A stretch of DNA of 64,000 nt. It comes from Acidimicrobiales bacterium. GTDB lineage: Bacteria; Actinomycetota; Acidimicrobiia; Acidimicrobiales; Bog-793. The DNA lies in NCBI GenBank assembly GCA_035533595.1, contig DATLTN010000024.1:1661-65660 (forward strand), in the 5' to 3' direction. Made by a program: the position numbers and the translations under genes. Under the pieces are notes generated by a model. The model worked only from the letters and a program-made list of their open reading frames with translations, was not told where the DNA came from and searched no databases. Positions 52,337 through 62,524 of this stretch are shown here, one piece after another; position 1 is the first letter of the stretch, and every line of letters begins with the position of its first letter.

Positions 52337-54874
52337 TCAGCGCGACTGGTCGAGCTCGTCGGGGGTGAGCAACACGGCGCGCGCCTTCGAGCCCTCTGAG
52401 GGGCCAACGACTCCCCGCCGCTCGAGCAGGTCCATCAACCGGCCCGCGCGCGAGAAGCCCACCCGGAGCTTGCGCTGCAGCATCGAGGTCGAGCCTAGTT
52501 GCGAGCGCACCACCAGCTCCATGGCCTGATTGAGGAGCTCGTCGTCATCGTCCTCGCCGGCGCCCGGCCCGCCGCTCTCGCCGTCCTCGCCACCAGCGAC
52601 GCCCTCCACGTAGATCGGCCCGCTCTGGCGGCGCCAGTGGCCGACGACGCCGCGCACCTCCTCCTCGGAGACCCACGGCCCCTGGATGCGCCGGGGGACC
52701 GACGAGGAGGCGGTGAGCAGCAACAGGTCGCCGCGGCCGACGAGCCGCTCGGCGCCGGGCTGGTCGAGGATGACGCGCGAGTCGGCGAGCGAGGAGACCG
52801 AGAAGGCGAGGCGGGAGGGGACGTTCGCCTTGATCACCCCGGTGATCACGTCGACGGAGGGGCGCTGGGTGGCGATCACGAGGTGGATGCCGACGGCACG
52901 GGCCATCTGCGCGATGCGGCAGATCGACTCCTCGACGTCGCGGGCCGCGACCATCATCAGGTCGTTCAGCTCGTCGACGACGACGAGGATGAAGGGGAGG
53001 CGCGTCGCCGCGAGCTTGTCGCCGCCGGCGCGTACCTCCGCGACCGCCTGCGCGGCGAGCGAGGGCGCGGGGAGGAGCTCGCCTGTCTCGGGGTCGACCT
53101 CGCGGTCGAGCGCTGCGAGCACCTCCTCGAACTCCTCGCCGAGGTCCTCGAGCGCAGCCTCGTCCGGCGGCTCGAGGGCGCCGTCGAAGGGGCCGGTCGC
53201 GAAGTCGCCGCGGTCGATCGCCGCGTTGTAGCCGGTGATGTCGCGCATCCCCGCCTCGGCGAGCAGGTCGTAACGGCGCTCCATCTCCGTCACCGCCCAG
53301 CTGAGGGCGTTGGCGGCGCGCTTCGGGTTCACGACGACGGGGGTGAGGAGGTGCGGCAACCCGTTGTACTGGCCGAGCTCGACCCGCTTCGGGTCGACGA
53401 GGATCATCCGCACCTGCTCGGGGGTCGAGCGCATCAGCACCGAGGTGATGATCGAGTTGATGCAGGAGGACTTGCCCGCGCCGGTCGCGCCGGCGATCAG
53501 CAGGTGGGGCATCTCCGCGAGGTTGACCATCACGGCGCGCCCCGCGATGTCCCGTCCGAGCGCCACCTCGAGGGGGTGCGCAGCGCGCCGCGCCTCCTCG
53601 GAGGAGAGCACGTCGCCGAGCGTCACCAGCTGGCGGTTGACGTTCGGGACCTCGACGCCGATCGCGCTGCGGCCGGGGATCGGGGCGAGGATGCGCACGT
53701 CGGGGGAGGCCATCGCGTAGGCGATGTCCTTCGCGAGGCTCGTGACGCGCGCCACCTTCACCCCCGAGCCGAGCTCCAGCTCGAAGCGGGTCACAGTCGG
53801 GCCGACGGTCGAGCCGACGAGGTGGGTCTCGACGCCGTGGCCGGCGAGCGCCCGCTCGAGGACCTTGCCGCGCTCCTCGACCTCCTTGCGGTCGGTGCGC
53901 TGCGCCGCGCTGCGCTGCAGGAGGCGCGCCGCGGGGAGGCGCCACGGCCCCGGTGTCGGCACCACGCCGAGGCTGAGCTGCTCGGGCTGACCACCGCCCT
54001 CGGTCTCGGCGGCCGGCTCGGGGGCGGGCACGGCGAGCGACGGCGCGGGCGAGCGCTCCGGCTCCTCGTCGGCCTCGGGGGGGGCGTCGTCGTCGGTGAG
54101 GATCGGCCCGAGCTCGGCGCCGTAGTCGACGAGGACGGGGCGGGGGGCCGCCTCGACGGGGCCCGCGGCGGCGCGCTCACGACGCTCGAGGAGGGTGACC
54201 GAGGAGCGGGAGAGGCTCGTCGCGAGCTGCCACATCCCGACAAAGGCGCGCCGCAGCGGCACCGCGGCACAGGCGACGCCGCTCATGAAGATGAGAAGGA
54301 GGAGGAGCACGGTCGCCCCGGCGCCGCCGAGGAAGCGGTGCAGCGGGCCGCCGAGGGCCGCGCCGAGGTAGCCGCCGGCGCCGCCGAGGATCTTGCGGCC
54401 GGCGTGCAGTCCCGGGAGGCCGCTTGCGAGGTCGGCGAGCGCGGCGACGAGCACCGCCAACAGCGCGACGGGGAGGAGGGCGCCGCCCGGGCCGCGGCGT
54501 GTGCGGCCGGCGACGAGCGAGAGGCCGGCGACGACGAGCGCCGGAGCGAGGAGGTCCTCGCCCCAGCCGATGCCGTAGGCGGCGTTGCGGGAGAGGTAGT
54601 GGCCGGCGAGGCCGAGCAGGTCGAGGTAGATGCCGAGGGCGGTGAGCACGCCGACGGTCATGAAGGTCCAGCCCCAGACCTCGTCGGGCTGGCGGCGGAC
54701 GAAGGTGGCGAAGCGCTCGGCGAGCGGCGGGTGGGTGGTGTGCCTCGCCGCGGCGCTGCGCGCCGTGCCCTTCCCCGTGGCGCGCGAGGCGCCGGTCGGG
54801 CGCTTTTTCGCTCCGGTGCTCTTGGCGCGGGCCGCGGGGGGCCGCGTGGTCTTCGCAACAGCCACAGTGGGCAC
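52337..54874 (-). CDS. ftsK: DNA translocase FtsK
   Basis: It has N-terminal TM segments, a Pro/Ala linker, Walker A GATGAGKS, Walker B ILVVVDEL and a C-terminal gamma domain STSMLQRKLRVGFSRAGRLMDLLE. Confidence 0.92.
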   Translation of the reverse strand: MPTVAVAKTTRPPAARAKSTGAKKRPTGASRATGKGTARSAAARHTTHPPLAERFATFVRRQPDEVWGWTFMTVGVLTALGIYLDLLGLAGHYLSRNAAYGIGWGEDLLAPALVVAGLSLVAGRTRRGPGGALLPVALLAVLVAALADLASGLPGLHAGRKILGGAGGYLGAALGGPLHRFLGGAGATVLLLLLIFMSGVACAAVPLRRAFVGMWQLATSLSRSSVTLLERRERAAAGPVEAAPRPVLVDYGAELGPILTDDDAPPEADEEPERSPAPSLAVPAPEPAAETEGGGQPEQLSLGVVPTPGPWRLPAARLLQRSAAQRTDRKEVEERGKVLERALAGHGVETHLVGSTVGPTVTRFELELGSGVKVARVTSLAKDIAYAMASPDVRILAPIPGRSAIGVEVPNVNRQLVTLGDVLSSEEARRAAHPLEVALGRDIAGRAVMVNLAEMPHLLIAGATGAGKSSCINSIITSVLMRSTPEQVRMILVDPKRVELGQYNGLPHLLTPVVVNPKRAANALSWAVTEMERRYDLLAEAGMRDITGYNAAIDRGDFATGPFDGALEPPDEAALEDLGEEFEEVLAALDREVDPETGELLPAPSLAAQAVAEVRAGGDKLAATRLPFILVVVDELNDLMMVAARDVEESICRIAQMARAVGIHLVIATQRPSVDVITGVIKANVPSRLAFSVSSLADSRVILDQPGAERLVGRGDLLLLTASSSVPRRIQGPWVSEEEVRGVVGHWRRQSGPIYVEGVAGGEDGESGGPGAGEDDDDELLNQAMELVVRSQLGSTSMLQRKLRVGFSRAGRLMDLLERRGVVGPSEGSKARAVLLTPDELDQSR

Positions 54875-54914
54875 AACGCTAACACCGGCAACAGCGCCTG
54901 AGCTGGAGCTTCGG

Positions 54915-56576
54915 TCAGGCCTCCATGACCACGGGGACGATCATCGGACGGCGGCGGGTGCGGTCGCTGACGAAGCGGCCGACGGCGCGGCGGGCGACGC
55001 GCCGCAGGGTGTCCTGGTCCCAGGAGCCCCCCTCGACGGCCTGGCCGACCGCCTTCGCGACCTCGGCGCGCGCCTCGTCGAGGATCGCCTCCCCCTCGTC
55101 CGCGTGCACCCAGCCGCGGGTGATGATCTCCGGGCCGGTGATGATCTCGCCGGTCTTCAGGTCCACCCCGAGGATCACGACGATCAGCCCCTCCTCGGCG
55201 AGCAGCCGCCGGTCGCGTAGCACCCCGTGGCCGACGTCGCCGACGATGCCATCGACGAAGAGGTAGCCGGCGGGCACCTCGCCGTCAAAGTCGATGCCCT
55301 CGGCGTCGACGCGGATCGCGTCCCCGTCCTCGCAGAGGAGCACCCGGTCGGGGCTGACCCCCATCTCGATCGCCAGCCGGGCGTGCGCGAGGAGGTGGCG
55401 GTACTCGCCGTGAACGGGGACGAAGCAGTCGGGCCGGGCGATCGAGAGCAGCATCTGCAGCTCGCCGCGCTTCGCGTGCCCCGACGTGTGCACGTAGGCG
55501 ATGCCCGAGTGCACCACGGTCGCGCCGCGCCGGGCGAGGCCGTCCATCACCCTGGAGACCGCCCACTCGTTGCCGGGGATGGCGTGCGAGGAGAGCACGA
55601 CGACGTCGCCGTCCTGCGCGGAGAGGCGGCGGTTCTCGCCCGAGGCGAGGAGGGCGAGCGCGGACATCGGCTCGCCCTGCGAGCCGGTCGAGATCACGCA
55701 GACCTCGCTCGGCGGGAGGTCGTCGACCGATTCCACGTCGACGAAGACGCTGCCGTCGACGTGCAGCAGGCCGAGCGAGCGGGCGAGGGCCACGTTGCGG
55801 ATCATCGAGCGGCCGAGGAGCGAGACCTTGCGGCCGTTGGCGGTCGCCGCGTCGCAGAGCTGCTGGATGCGGTGGATGTGGCTCGCGAAGCAGGCGACGA
55901 TGATGCGCCGGTTCGGGTGCTCGGAGAAGATCACCCTGAGCGACTCCCCGACGGTGCGCTCGGACTGGGTGAAGCCCTGCTCCTCGACGTTGGTCGAGTC
56001 CGCGAGGAGGAGGCGGATCCCCTCCTCCGAGGCGATCGCGCCGATGCGCGCCAGGTCGGTGCGGCGGTCGTCGACGGGGGTGAGGTCGAGCTTGAAGTCC
56101 CCCGAGTGCAGGATCACCCCCGCCGGCGTGTGGAAGGCGGTGGCAAAGCCGTTCGGCACGGAGTGGGTCACGGGGATGAACTCGACGTCGAAGGCACCGA
56201 CGCGCCGCCGCTCCCCGTCGTGCACCTCGACGAAGTCCGCCTTGGCGAGCAGCCCCGCCTCCTCGACGCGGCCGCGGGCGAGGCCGAGGGTGAGCGCCGA
56301 GCCGTAGATCGGGGCGGAGAGCTCGGCGAGCAGGTAGCCGAGGCCGCCGACGTGGTCCTCGTGGCCGTGGGTGAGGAAGATCGCGTCGATGCGCTCCGCG
56401 TTCTCCCGGAGATAGGTGAAGTCGGGGAGGACGAGGTCGACGCCGGGCATCTCGGCGTCGGGGAACATCACCCCGCAGTCAAGGACGGCGAGGCGGCCGT
56501 CGACCTCGATCACGGCACAGTTGCGGCCGATCTCCCCGAGGCCGCCGAGGAAGACGACGCGCACGGCGTCAGCCAC
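54915..56576 (-). CDS. rnj: Ribonuclease J
   Basis: The motifs are VVFLGGLGEIGRN and the beta-CASP/MBL motif THGHEDHVGG. The start is GTG at 56576 (8-nt overlap with dapA) or GTG at 56564. ORF-track entry 54915..56807 over-extends. Confidence 0.9.
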   Translation of the reverse strand: MADAVRVVFLGGLGEIGRNCAVIEVDGRLAVLDCGVMFPDAEMPGVDLVLPDFTYLRENAERIDAIFLTHGHEDHVGGLGYLLAELSAPIYGSALTLGLARGRVEEAGLLAKADFVEVHDGERRRVGAFDVEFIPVTHSVPNGFATAFHTPAGVILHSGDFKLDLTPVDDRRTDLARIGAIASEEGIRLLLADSTNVEEQGFTQSERTVGESLRVIFSEHPNRRIIVACFASHIHRIQQLCDAATANGRKVSLLGRSMIRNVALARSLGLLHVDGSVFVDVESVDDLPPSEVCVISTGSQGEPMSALALLASGENRRLSAQDGDVVVLSSHAIPGNEWAVSRVMDGLARRGATVVHSGIAYVHTSGHAKRGELQMLLSIARPDCFVPVHGEYRHLLAHARLAIEMGVSPDRVLLCEDGDAIRVDAEGIDFDGEVPAGYLFVDGIVGDVGHGVLRDRRLLAEEGLIVVILGVDLKTGEIITGPEIITRGWVHADEGEAILDEARAEVAKAVGQAVEGGSWDQDTLRRVARRAVGRFVSDRTRRRPMIVPVVMEA

Positions 56577-57492
56577 GCACACCCCGTGACGAGCGGAAGG
56601 TGTCGAGGTCGGCGAGGACGTCGCGCGCCCGCTCCTCGAGCCAGTGCGGCGCCTCGCCGAGGGGGAGGCGGCACTCGCCGGCGGGGAGGCCGAGGACGCG
56701 CAGCATCGCCTTGGTGGGCATCGGGTTCGGTGTCTCGTCGCCCGTCTCGTAGGTGAAGCTCGGCACGAGCGCCCGCAGCAGCGTGAGCGCCTCCTCGACC
56801 TCGCCACGCAGGAAGCTCTCCACCATCTCCCGGCACTCCGCGCCGCACCAGTGGGCGGCCACGCTGATCAGCCCCGTGGCGCCGACCGAGAGGAGGGGGA
56901 GGGTGAGGAGGTCGTCACCGGAGTAGCACTCGAAGTCATCGGGCGCCTCGGCGAGCAGGCGGGCGGTGCCGGCGGGGTCTCCCGAGGCGTCCTTCAGGCC
57001 GACGATGTTCTCCACCTCGGCCAGCGCGAGCAGGGTCTCGGCGGCGATCCGCCGCCCGGTGCGGATGGCGATGTCGTAGAGCACGACAGGAAGCTCGGTC
57101 GCCGCCGCGACCGCACGGAAGTGCGCCGCGAGGCCCGACTGGCCGGGGCGGGAGTAGTAGGGGGTGACGGCGAGGATCCCGCTCACGCCGGCGCGGCTGG
57201 CGGCGCGGGTCAGCTCGACCGAGTTCTCCGTGTCGGCCGAGGTCGAGCCGGCGAGCACCGGCACCGAGACGGCGGCGGCGACCTCCCGCCAGACGAGCTC
57301 GCGCTCCTCGTCGGACAGCGCCGTCGACTCGCCGGTCGAGCCGGTGAGGACGAGGCCGTCCGAGCCGTTCTCGGCGAGGTGGGCGGCGAGCTTCACCGCC
57401 CCCTCGACGTCGAGGGCGCCGTCGCGGTCAAAGGGCGTCGCCATCGCGGTGAGCACCCGGCCGAAGCGCGCCGGGCGCAGGGCGGTCGTCAC
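56569..57492 (-). CDS. dapA: 4-hydroxy-tetrahydrodipicolinate synthase
   Basis: The motifs are AMATPFDRDG, LTGSTGES and VTPYYSRP. Confidence 0.92.
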   Translation of the reverse strand: MTTALRPARFGRVLTAMATPFDRDGALDVEGAVKLAAHLAENGSDGLVLTGSTGESTALSDEERELVWREVAAAVSVPVLAGSTSADTENSVELTRAASRAGVSGILAVTPYYSRPGQSGLAAHFRAVAAATELPVVLYDIAIRTGRRIAAETLLALAEVENIVGLKDASGDPAGTARLLAEAPDDFECYSGDDLLTLPLLSVGATGLISVAAHWCGAECREMVESFLRGEVEEALTLLRALVPSFTYETGDETPNPMPTKAMLRVLGLPAGECRLPLGEAPHWLEERARDVLADLDTFRSSRGVRG

Positions 57493-57547
57493 GCCCCGAC
57501 GCTACCAGCGGGCCGCCGCAGGCCTCTGTGGGAGTGGTGCGGGAAGG

Positions 57548-58357
57548 TCATCGCGGCGCTCGATCGAGGAGCGCGTCGAGGCCGACGGTGAAGCCGGGCG
57601 TCGTCGCGACCTTGCGCAGCGCGAGCAGCACGCCGGGCATGAACGAGGTCCGGTCGTAGGAGTCCTGGCGGAGGGTGAGCGACTGCCCCGTCGTCCCGAA
57701 GAGGACCTCCTGGTGGGCGACGAGGCCGGCGAGGCGCACCGAGTGGAGGTGGACCCCCGCCTCCGCGACGCCGCCGCGCGCCCCCTCGAGCACCGTCACC
57801 TCGGTCGGGTCGGCACCGAAGGGCCCCGCCCCGGCGCGCGCCTCGGCGATCCGGCGCGCCGTCTCGAGCGCCGTGCCAGAGGGGGCGTCGCGCTTTTGGT
57901 CGTGGTGCAGCTCGATGATCTCCGCGGAGGAGAAGTAGGGCGCGGCGAGCGCGGCGAGGCGCATCATCAGCACCGCCGAGATCGCGAAGTTCGGGGCGAG
58001 GACGCAGTTCGGCGCCCCCTCGGGGCCAAACGCGGCGGCGAGCTCGGTGAGCGCGGCGGCGCCGAGGCCGGTCGTCCCGCAGACCCCGTGCACGCCGTTG
58101 GACGCGCACCACCGGAGGTCGGCGAGGGCGGCGGGGGCGACGGTGAAGTCGACGAGGGCGTCGACCGACCCTGGCGCGAAACCCTCGGGGCCGGCTGTCA
58201 CGGTGACCGCCTCGTCGAGACCGGCGAGCTCGCGCAGCGTCGCGCCCGCGGCGGCCGGGTCACAGGCCGCGACGAGGTCGAGGTCGGGCTCCGCCGAGAC
58301 CGCGGCGAGGACCGTGCGCCCCATCTTCCCGGCTGCGCCGGCGACCGCGACGCGCAT
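57548..58357 (-). CDS. dapB: 4-hydroxy-tetrahydrodipicolinate reductase
   Basis: The motifs are MRVAVAGAAGKMG and IELHHDQKRDAPSGTA. The start is an internal ATG of ORF 57548..58780 that shares 1 nt with the upstream stop. Confidence 0.9.
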   Translation of the reverse strand: MRVAVAGAAGKMGRTVLAAVSAEPDLDLVAACDPAAAGATLRELAGLDEAVTVTAGPEGFAPGSVDALVDFTVAPAALADLRWCASNGVHGVCGTTGLGAAALTELAAAFGPEGAPNCVLAPNFAISAVLMMRLAALAAPYFSSAEIIELHHDQKRDAPSGTALETARRIAEARAGAGPFGADPTEVTVLEGARGGVAEAGVHLHSVRLAGLVAHQEVLFGTTGQSLTLRQDSYDRTSFMPGVLLALRKVATTPGFTVGLDALLDRAPR

Positions 58358-59616
58358 CAGCCGGCTCCGGACGGGGCCGCGAAGGCGGCGAAGTCGCCCT
58401 CGTCGAAGGGGCCCACGACGGCGAGCGAACGGGGGCCGGCGAGCACCTCGGCGGCGACCTCGGCGACCTCCTCGACCGTCACCGCGTCGATGCGCGCCGC
58501 CAGCTCGTCGGTCGACAGCACCTCTCCGTGCAGCAGCAACGAGGCGCCGATGCGGCTCATCCGCGAGCCCGAGTCCTCGAGGCTCAAGAGGGTGTCGGCC
58601 TTCACGTGGCCCTTGGCGAGGGCGAGCTCGGCCGCGGTCACCCCCCGCGCGGCGAGGTCGTCGAGCTCGGCGGCGACGATGCCGAGCACCTCCTGGACGT
58701 GCTCGGGGGCGGTGCCCACCGAGACGGCGAGCGCCCCGGCGTCGGCGTAGGCGACACGGTCCGAGATGATCGAGTAGCAAAGGCCCCGCTCCTCGCGGAC
58801 CTTCTGGAACAGCCGCGAGGAGAGGCCGCCGCCGAGGCTGTGGTTGAGCAGCGAGAGCGCGAAGCGCCGCGGCGAGCGGCGGGCGGGGGCGCGCATCCCG
58901 AGGACGAGCTGGGCCTGCTCGCTGTCGCGCTTGGTCGCGTCGAGGAGGCGGACCTGCGCGGCGGGGGCTTCGCGCCCGGGTGGGCCGCCGAGCGGGAAGC
59001 CGCCGAAGCGCGCCTCCAGCGTCTCGGCGAGCGCCGCGTGGTCGACGTCGCCGGCCGCGGCGACGACGACGTTGCCAGGTCGGTAGTGCAGCTCGAAGAA
59101 GTCGCGGATCTCCGCGACGCCGACGGAGGTGATCACGTCGGGGAGGCCGAGCACCTCGCGCCCGAGCGGGTGGCCGGGGAAGATCGCCTCGGCGAAGCGC
59201 TCCTGCACGACGTCGGCGGGCTCGTCGAGGTGCATCAGCACCTCCTCGAGGATCACCTGCCGCTCGGCGTCGACCTCGTCGGGGCGCAGCGCCGGGTCGC
59301 TCATGATGTCGGTGAGGACGTCGAGGCCGAGGTGCAGGTCGTCCGCGAGGAGGCGCACGTAGAAGGCCGTGTACTCCTTGGTCGTGTAGGCGTTCATGTC
59401 GCCGCCGACGGCGTCGATCGCCTCCGCGATCTCGCGCGCGCTGCGCCGCGGCGTCCCCTTGAAGAGCAGGTGCTCGAGGAAGTGCGAGATCCCCGCCTGG
59501 CGGTCGCTCTCGTCACGCGAGCCGGTGCCGACCCAGAAGCCGACGCACGCCGAGCGGACCGGCATCGCCTCGGTGACGAGCCGGATTCCGCACGGCAGCG
59601 TGGAGATGTCGATCAT
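58357..59616 (-). CDS. M16 family (pitrilysin/insulinase-like) zinc peptidase
   Basis: The inverted zinc motif is HFLEHLLFKG. Its position between pnp and dapB matches other actinobacteria. Confidence 0.88.
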   Translation of the reverse strand: MIDISTLPCGIRLVTEAMPVRSACVGFWVGTGSRDESDRQAGISHFLEHLLFKGTPRRSAREIAEAIDAVGGDMNAYTTKEYTAFYVRLLADDLHLGLDVLTDIMSDPALRPDEVDAERQVILEEVLMHLDEPADVVQERFAEAIFPGHPLGREVLGLPDVITSVGVAEIRDFFELHYRPGNVVVAAAGDVDHAALAETLEARFGGFPLGGPPGREAPAAQVRLLDATKRDSEQAQLVLGMRAPARRSPRRFALSLLNHSLGGGLSSRLFQKVREERGLCYSIISDRVAYADAGALAVSVGTAPEHVQEVLGIVAAELDDLAARGVTAAELALAKGHVKADTLLSLEDSGSRMSRIGASLLLHGEVLSTDELAARIDAVTVEEVAEVAAEVLAGPRSLAVVGPFDEGDFAAFAAPSGAG

Positions 59617-59638
59617 CGGCGGGGTGCCCCCGCCGCGC

Positions 59639-62065
59639 TCAGCGGCGTGGCCCCGAGCGGCGACGCGGACCCCGGTCCTCGCGCGGCGCCCCGCCGGTAT
59701 TCGCGGGGCCGAGGTTGCCGAACTCCTGCTCGAGCTCGGCGTTGAAGGTGTCCTCGAAGGAGACCCGCTTCACGCCACCGGGGGCGCTCGCCGGGGCCGC
59801 GGCCGGGGCCTCGGGCGCGGCGGCTGCGCCGTTCCCGCTGCCGTGCGGGGCGCTGCTCGCGGGCTCGGACTCGCGGCGGCCGACGGGCTGGCCGTCCTCG
59901 CCGATCAGCGAGAGGGAGATCTTCCCTTGCGGGTCGATGTCGTCCACGATCACCGTCACCGGCTGGCCGAGCTCGAGCACGTCCTCGACGCGCTCGATGC
60001 GGCGGCCGCCGCCGAGGCGGGAGATGTGAAGCAGACCGTCGCGGCCGGGGAGAATGTTCACGAAGGCACCGAACTTCGTGATGTTCACGACCTTGCCCTC
60101 GTAGGTGGCGCCGACGTCGGCGACCGGCGGGTCGAGGATGAGGGCGATGCGGCGGCGGGCCTCCTCGACCGCGTCGCTCTCCTTGCCGCCGATGGTCACC
60201 CGCCCGTAGATGCCGTCGTCGTCGACGGCGATGTCCGCGCCGGTCTCCTGCTGCAGGCCGTTGATGACCTTGCCCTTCGGGCCGATGACCTCACCGATCT
60301 TGTCGAGCGGGATCTCGAAGCTGATGATCTTCGGGGCGTGGCCCTTCACGTCGGCGTTCGGCTGGGCGATCGCCCCGAGCATCACGTCGAGGATCGCGGT
60401 GCGGGCCTGGTAGGCCTGCTGCAGCGCCTGGGCGAGGACGTCGGCAGGGAGGCCGTCGATCTTGGTGTCGAGCTGCAGGGCGGTGACGAAGTCCCGCGAG
60501 CCGGCGACCTTGAAGTCCATGTCGCCGAAGGCGTCCTCGGCGCCGGAGATGTCCGTCAGTGTCGTGTACTTGCCCTCGGCGAAGATGAGGCCCATCGCGA
60601 TGCCGGCGATCGGCGCCTTGATCGGCACGCCGGCGTCCATCAGCGAGAGCGTCGATCCGCAGACCGAGCCCATCGAGGTCGAGCCGTCCGAGGAGAGGAC
60701 GTCCGAGACGAGGCGGAGCGTGTAGGGGAACTCCTCCTCGCTCGGCACCACCGGCAGCAGCGCCCGCTCGGCGAGCAGACCGTGGCCGATCTCGCGGCGG
60801 CGGGGGCCACGCATCGCGTAGGCCTCGCCGGAGGCGAAGGGCGGCATGTTGTAGTGGTGCATGTAGCGCTTGTGCTCGTCGGTGCCGATCGTGTCGAGCA
60901 GCTGGTTCATGCGCGGCATGCCGAGCGTCGTGACGTTGAGCACCTGGGTGAGGCCGCGCTGGAACAGCGCCGAGCCGTGCGCCGTCGGCAGCACCGCCAC
61001 CTCTGCGGAGACCTTGCGGAGGTCGCCAGGGCTGCGGCCGTCGATGCGCACGCCCTCCTCGACGACGCGGCGGCGGACGAGCGACTTGGTGAGCGAGCGG
61101 ATCGCCGAGCGCACCTCGCGCTCGCGCCCGGAGAACTCCTCAGCAAGCGCAGCGAGGATCTGGTCGCCGGCGGCGTCGAAGGCGGCGGCGCGCTCGGGCT
61201 TGTCGGTGAGCAGGTTGGCCTTCGCGAGGGACTCCTCACCGACCGCTGCGACGCGGGCCTTCACGTCGTCGCCGTAGTCGACGAAGAGCTCGAAGGGGAT
61301 GATCTCCTTCTTGCCGCCGGCCTGCTTCACGAGCTCGCGCTGCAGCTCGATCGACTCGCGGATCCAGGTCTTCGCGGCCTCGAGGCCCTCGGCGACGACC
61401 GCCTCGGTGACCTTCGGCGCGCCCGCCTCGTAGTAGTCCCAGGCCTTCTCGGTGCCGCCGGCCTCGACCATCATGATCGCGATCTCGGCGTTCGGCTCCT
61501 CTGACAGCGCACGGCCGGCGACGACGAGCTCGAAGGTGGAGGCGTCACCCTCGGCGTAGGTGCAGTGCGGGATCCACTGGCCGTCGGTCGAGTACGCGAC
61601 CCGCACCGCGCCGATCGGTCCTTCGAAGGGGATGCCCGAGAGCATCAGCGCGGCCGAGCAGCCGTTGATCGCCGGGACGTCGTGGGGGTTGCTCATGTCG
61701 GCGGCGAGCACGGTGCCGACGACGTGGATCTCGTTGCGGAAGCCCTCGGCGAAGCTCGGGCGGAGCGGTCGGTCGATCAGGCGGGCGGTGAGCGTCGCCT
61801 GGTCGGTGGCCCGGCCCTCACGGCGGAAGAACGAGCCGGGGATCTTGCCCGCGGCGTACATCCGCTCCTCGATGTCGACGGTGAGGGGGAAGAAGTCGAT
61901 CCCCTCGCGCACCTTGCGGGCCGCGGTCGCGGTGCAGAGCACGATCGTGTCGCCGATGCGCACGGTGACGGCGCCGTCGGCCTGCGGGGCGAGACGGTTG
62001 GTCTCGAAGGTGAGCGTGCGGTCGGACCCGCTGATCGGGGTTGAAACGGAAATGGCCTCGGCCAT
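59639..62065 (-). CDS. pnp: Polyribonucleotide nucleotidyltransferase (PNPase)
   Basis: It has two RNase PH domains, a KH domain (PKIISFEIPLDKIGEVIGPKGK) and an S1 domain (GKVVNITKFGAFVNILPGRDGLLHIS). The start is ATG at codon 55 of ORF 59639..62227 (MAEAISVSTP). Confidence 0.93.
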   Translation of the reverse strand: MAEAISVSTPISGSDRTLTFETNRLAPQADGAVTVRIGDTIVLCTATAARKVREGIDFFPLTVDIEERMYAAGKIPGSFFRREGRATDQATLTARLIDRPLRPSFAEGFRNEIHVVGTVLAADMSNPHDVPAINGCSAALMLSGIPFEGPIGAVRVAYSTDGQWIPHCTYAEGDASTFELVVAGRALSEEPNAEIAIMMVEAGGTEKAWDYYEAGAPKVTEAVVAEGLEAAKTWIRESIELQRELVKQAGGKKEIIPFELFVDYGDDVKARVAAVGEESLAKANLLTDKPERAAAFDAAGDQILAALAEEFSGREREVRSAIRSLTKSLVRRRVVEEGVRIDGRSPGDLRKVSAEVAVLPTAHGSALFQRGLTQVLNVTTLGMPRMNQLLDTIGTDEHKRYMHHYNMPPFASGEAYAMRGPRRREIGHGLLAERALLPVVPSEEEFPYTLRLVSDVLSSDGSTSMGSVCGSTLSLMDAGVPIKAPIAGIAMGLIFAEGKYTTLTDISGAEDAFGDMDFKVAGSRDFVTALQLDTKIDGLPADVLAQALQQAYQARTAILDVMLGAIAQPNADVKGHAPKIISFEIPLDKIGEVIGPKGKVINGLQQETGADIAVDDDGIYGRVTIGGKESDAVEEARRRIALILDPPVADVGATYEGKVVNITKFGAFVNILPGRDGLLHISRLGGGRRIERVEDVLELGQPVTVIVDDIDPQGKISLSLIGEDGQPVGRRESEPASSAPHGSGNGAAAAPEAPAAAPASAPGGVKRVSFEDTFNAELEQEFGNLGPANTGGAPREDRGPRRRSGPRR

Positions 62066-62266
62066 GTCAATCCTCGTGTTCTGGCGGGCGCTCCGGCCAG
62101 TTCCCAGTGGGCGGGCACCAGGACGAGCCCGGTACACGGCCACTGGCAGCTGACACCTGCGCTCGCCGGTTCGATGTGGGCGCCGCCACTTTGGCGGGCT
62201 GACCCTCTTGCTGCCGGGCCTTTCCACATCGGCCCGGACACCACCGGAACTCCCGGTGGCATGCCC
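62066..62266 (-). promoter_or_regulatory. Structured rpsO-pnp intergenic region (rpsO terminator hairpin plus pnp leader hairpin)
   Basis: One hairpin ccaccgg/aactc/ccggtgg lies at 62241-62259, 8 nt after the rpsO stop. A larger hairpin pairs ccagtgg (62104-62110) with ccactgg (62140-62146), with an inner gcggg/cccgc-type helix. Confidence 0.35.
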
Positions 62267-62524
62267 CTATCGGCGGATGCCGAGCCTCGCGATGAGGTTG
62301 CGGTAGCGGTTCACGTCGTTGTCCCGCACGTAGTCGAGAAGACGGCGACGGTGCCCGATGAGCTTCATCAGCCCGCGACGGGTGTGATGGTCGCCCTTGT
62401 GCACCCGGAGGTGCTCGGTGAGGTGGTTGATCCGCTCAGTGAGGATCGCGACCTGCACTTCGGGGGAGCCGGTGTCCGTCTCGTGGAGGCGGTACTCGGC
62501 GATCGTGGCCGTCTTATCGGGCAT
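62267..62524 (-). CDS. rpsO: 30S ribosomal protein S15
   Basis: The sequence is [66 protein letters not shown]. The start is the internal ATG at codon 80 of ORF 62267..62761. Confidence 0.93.
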   Translation of the reverse strand: MPDKTATIAEYRLHETDTGSPEVQVAILTERINHLTEHLRVHKGDHHTRRGLMKLIGHRRRLLDYVRDNDVNRYRNLIARLGIRR

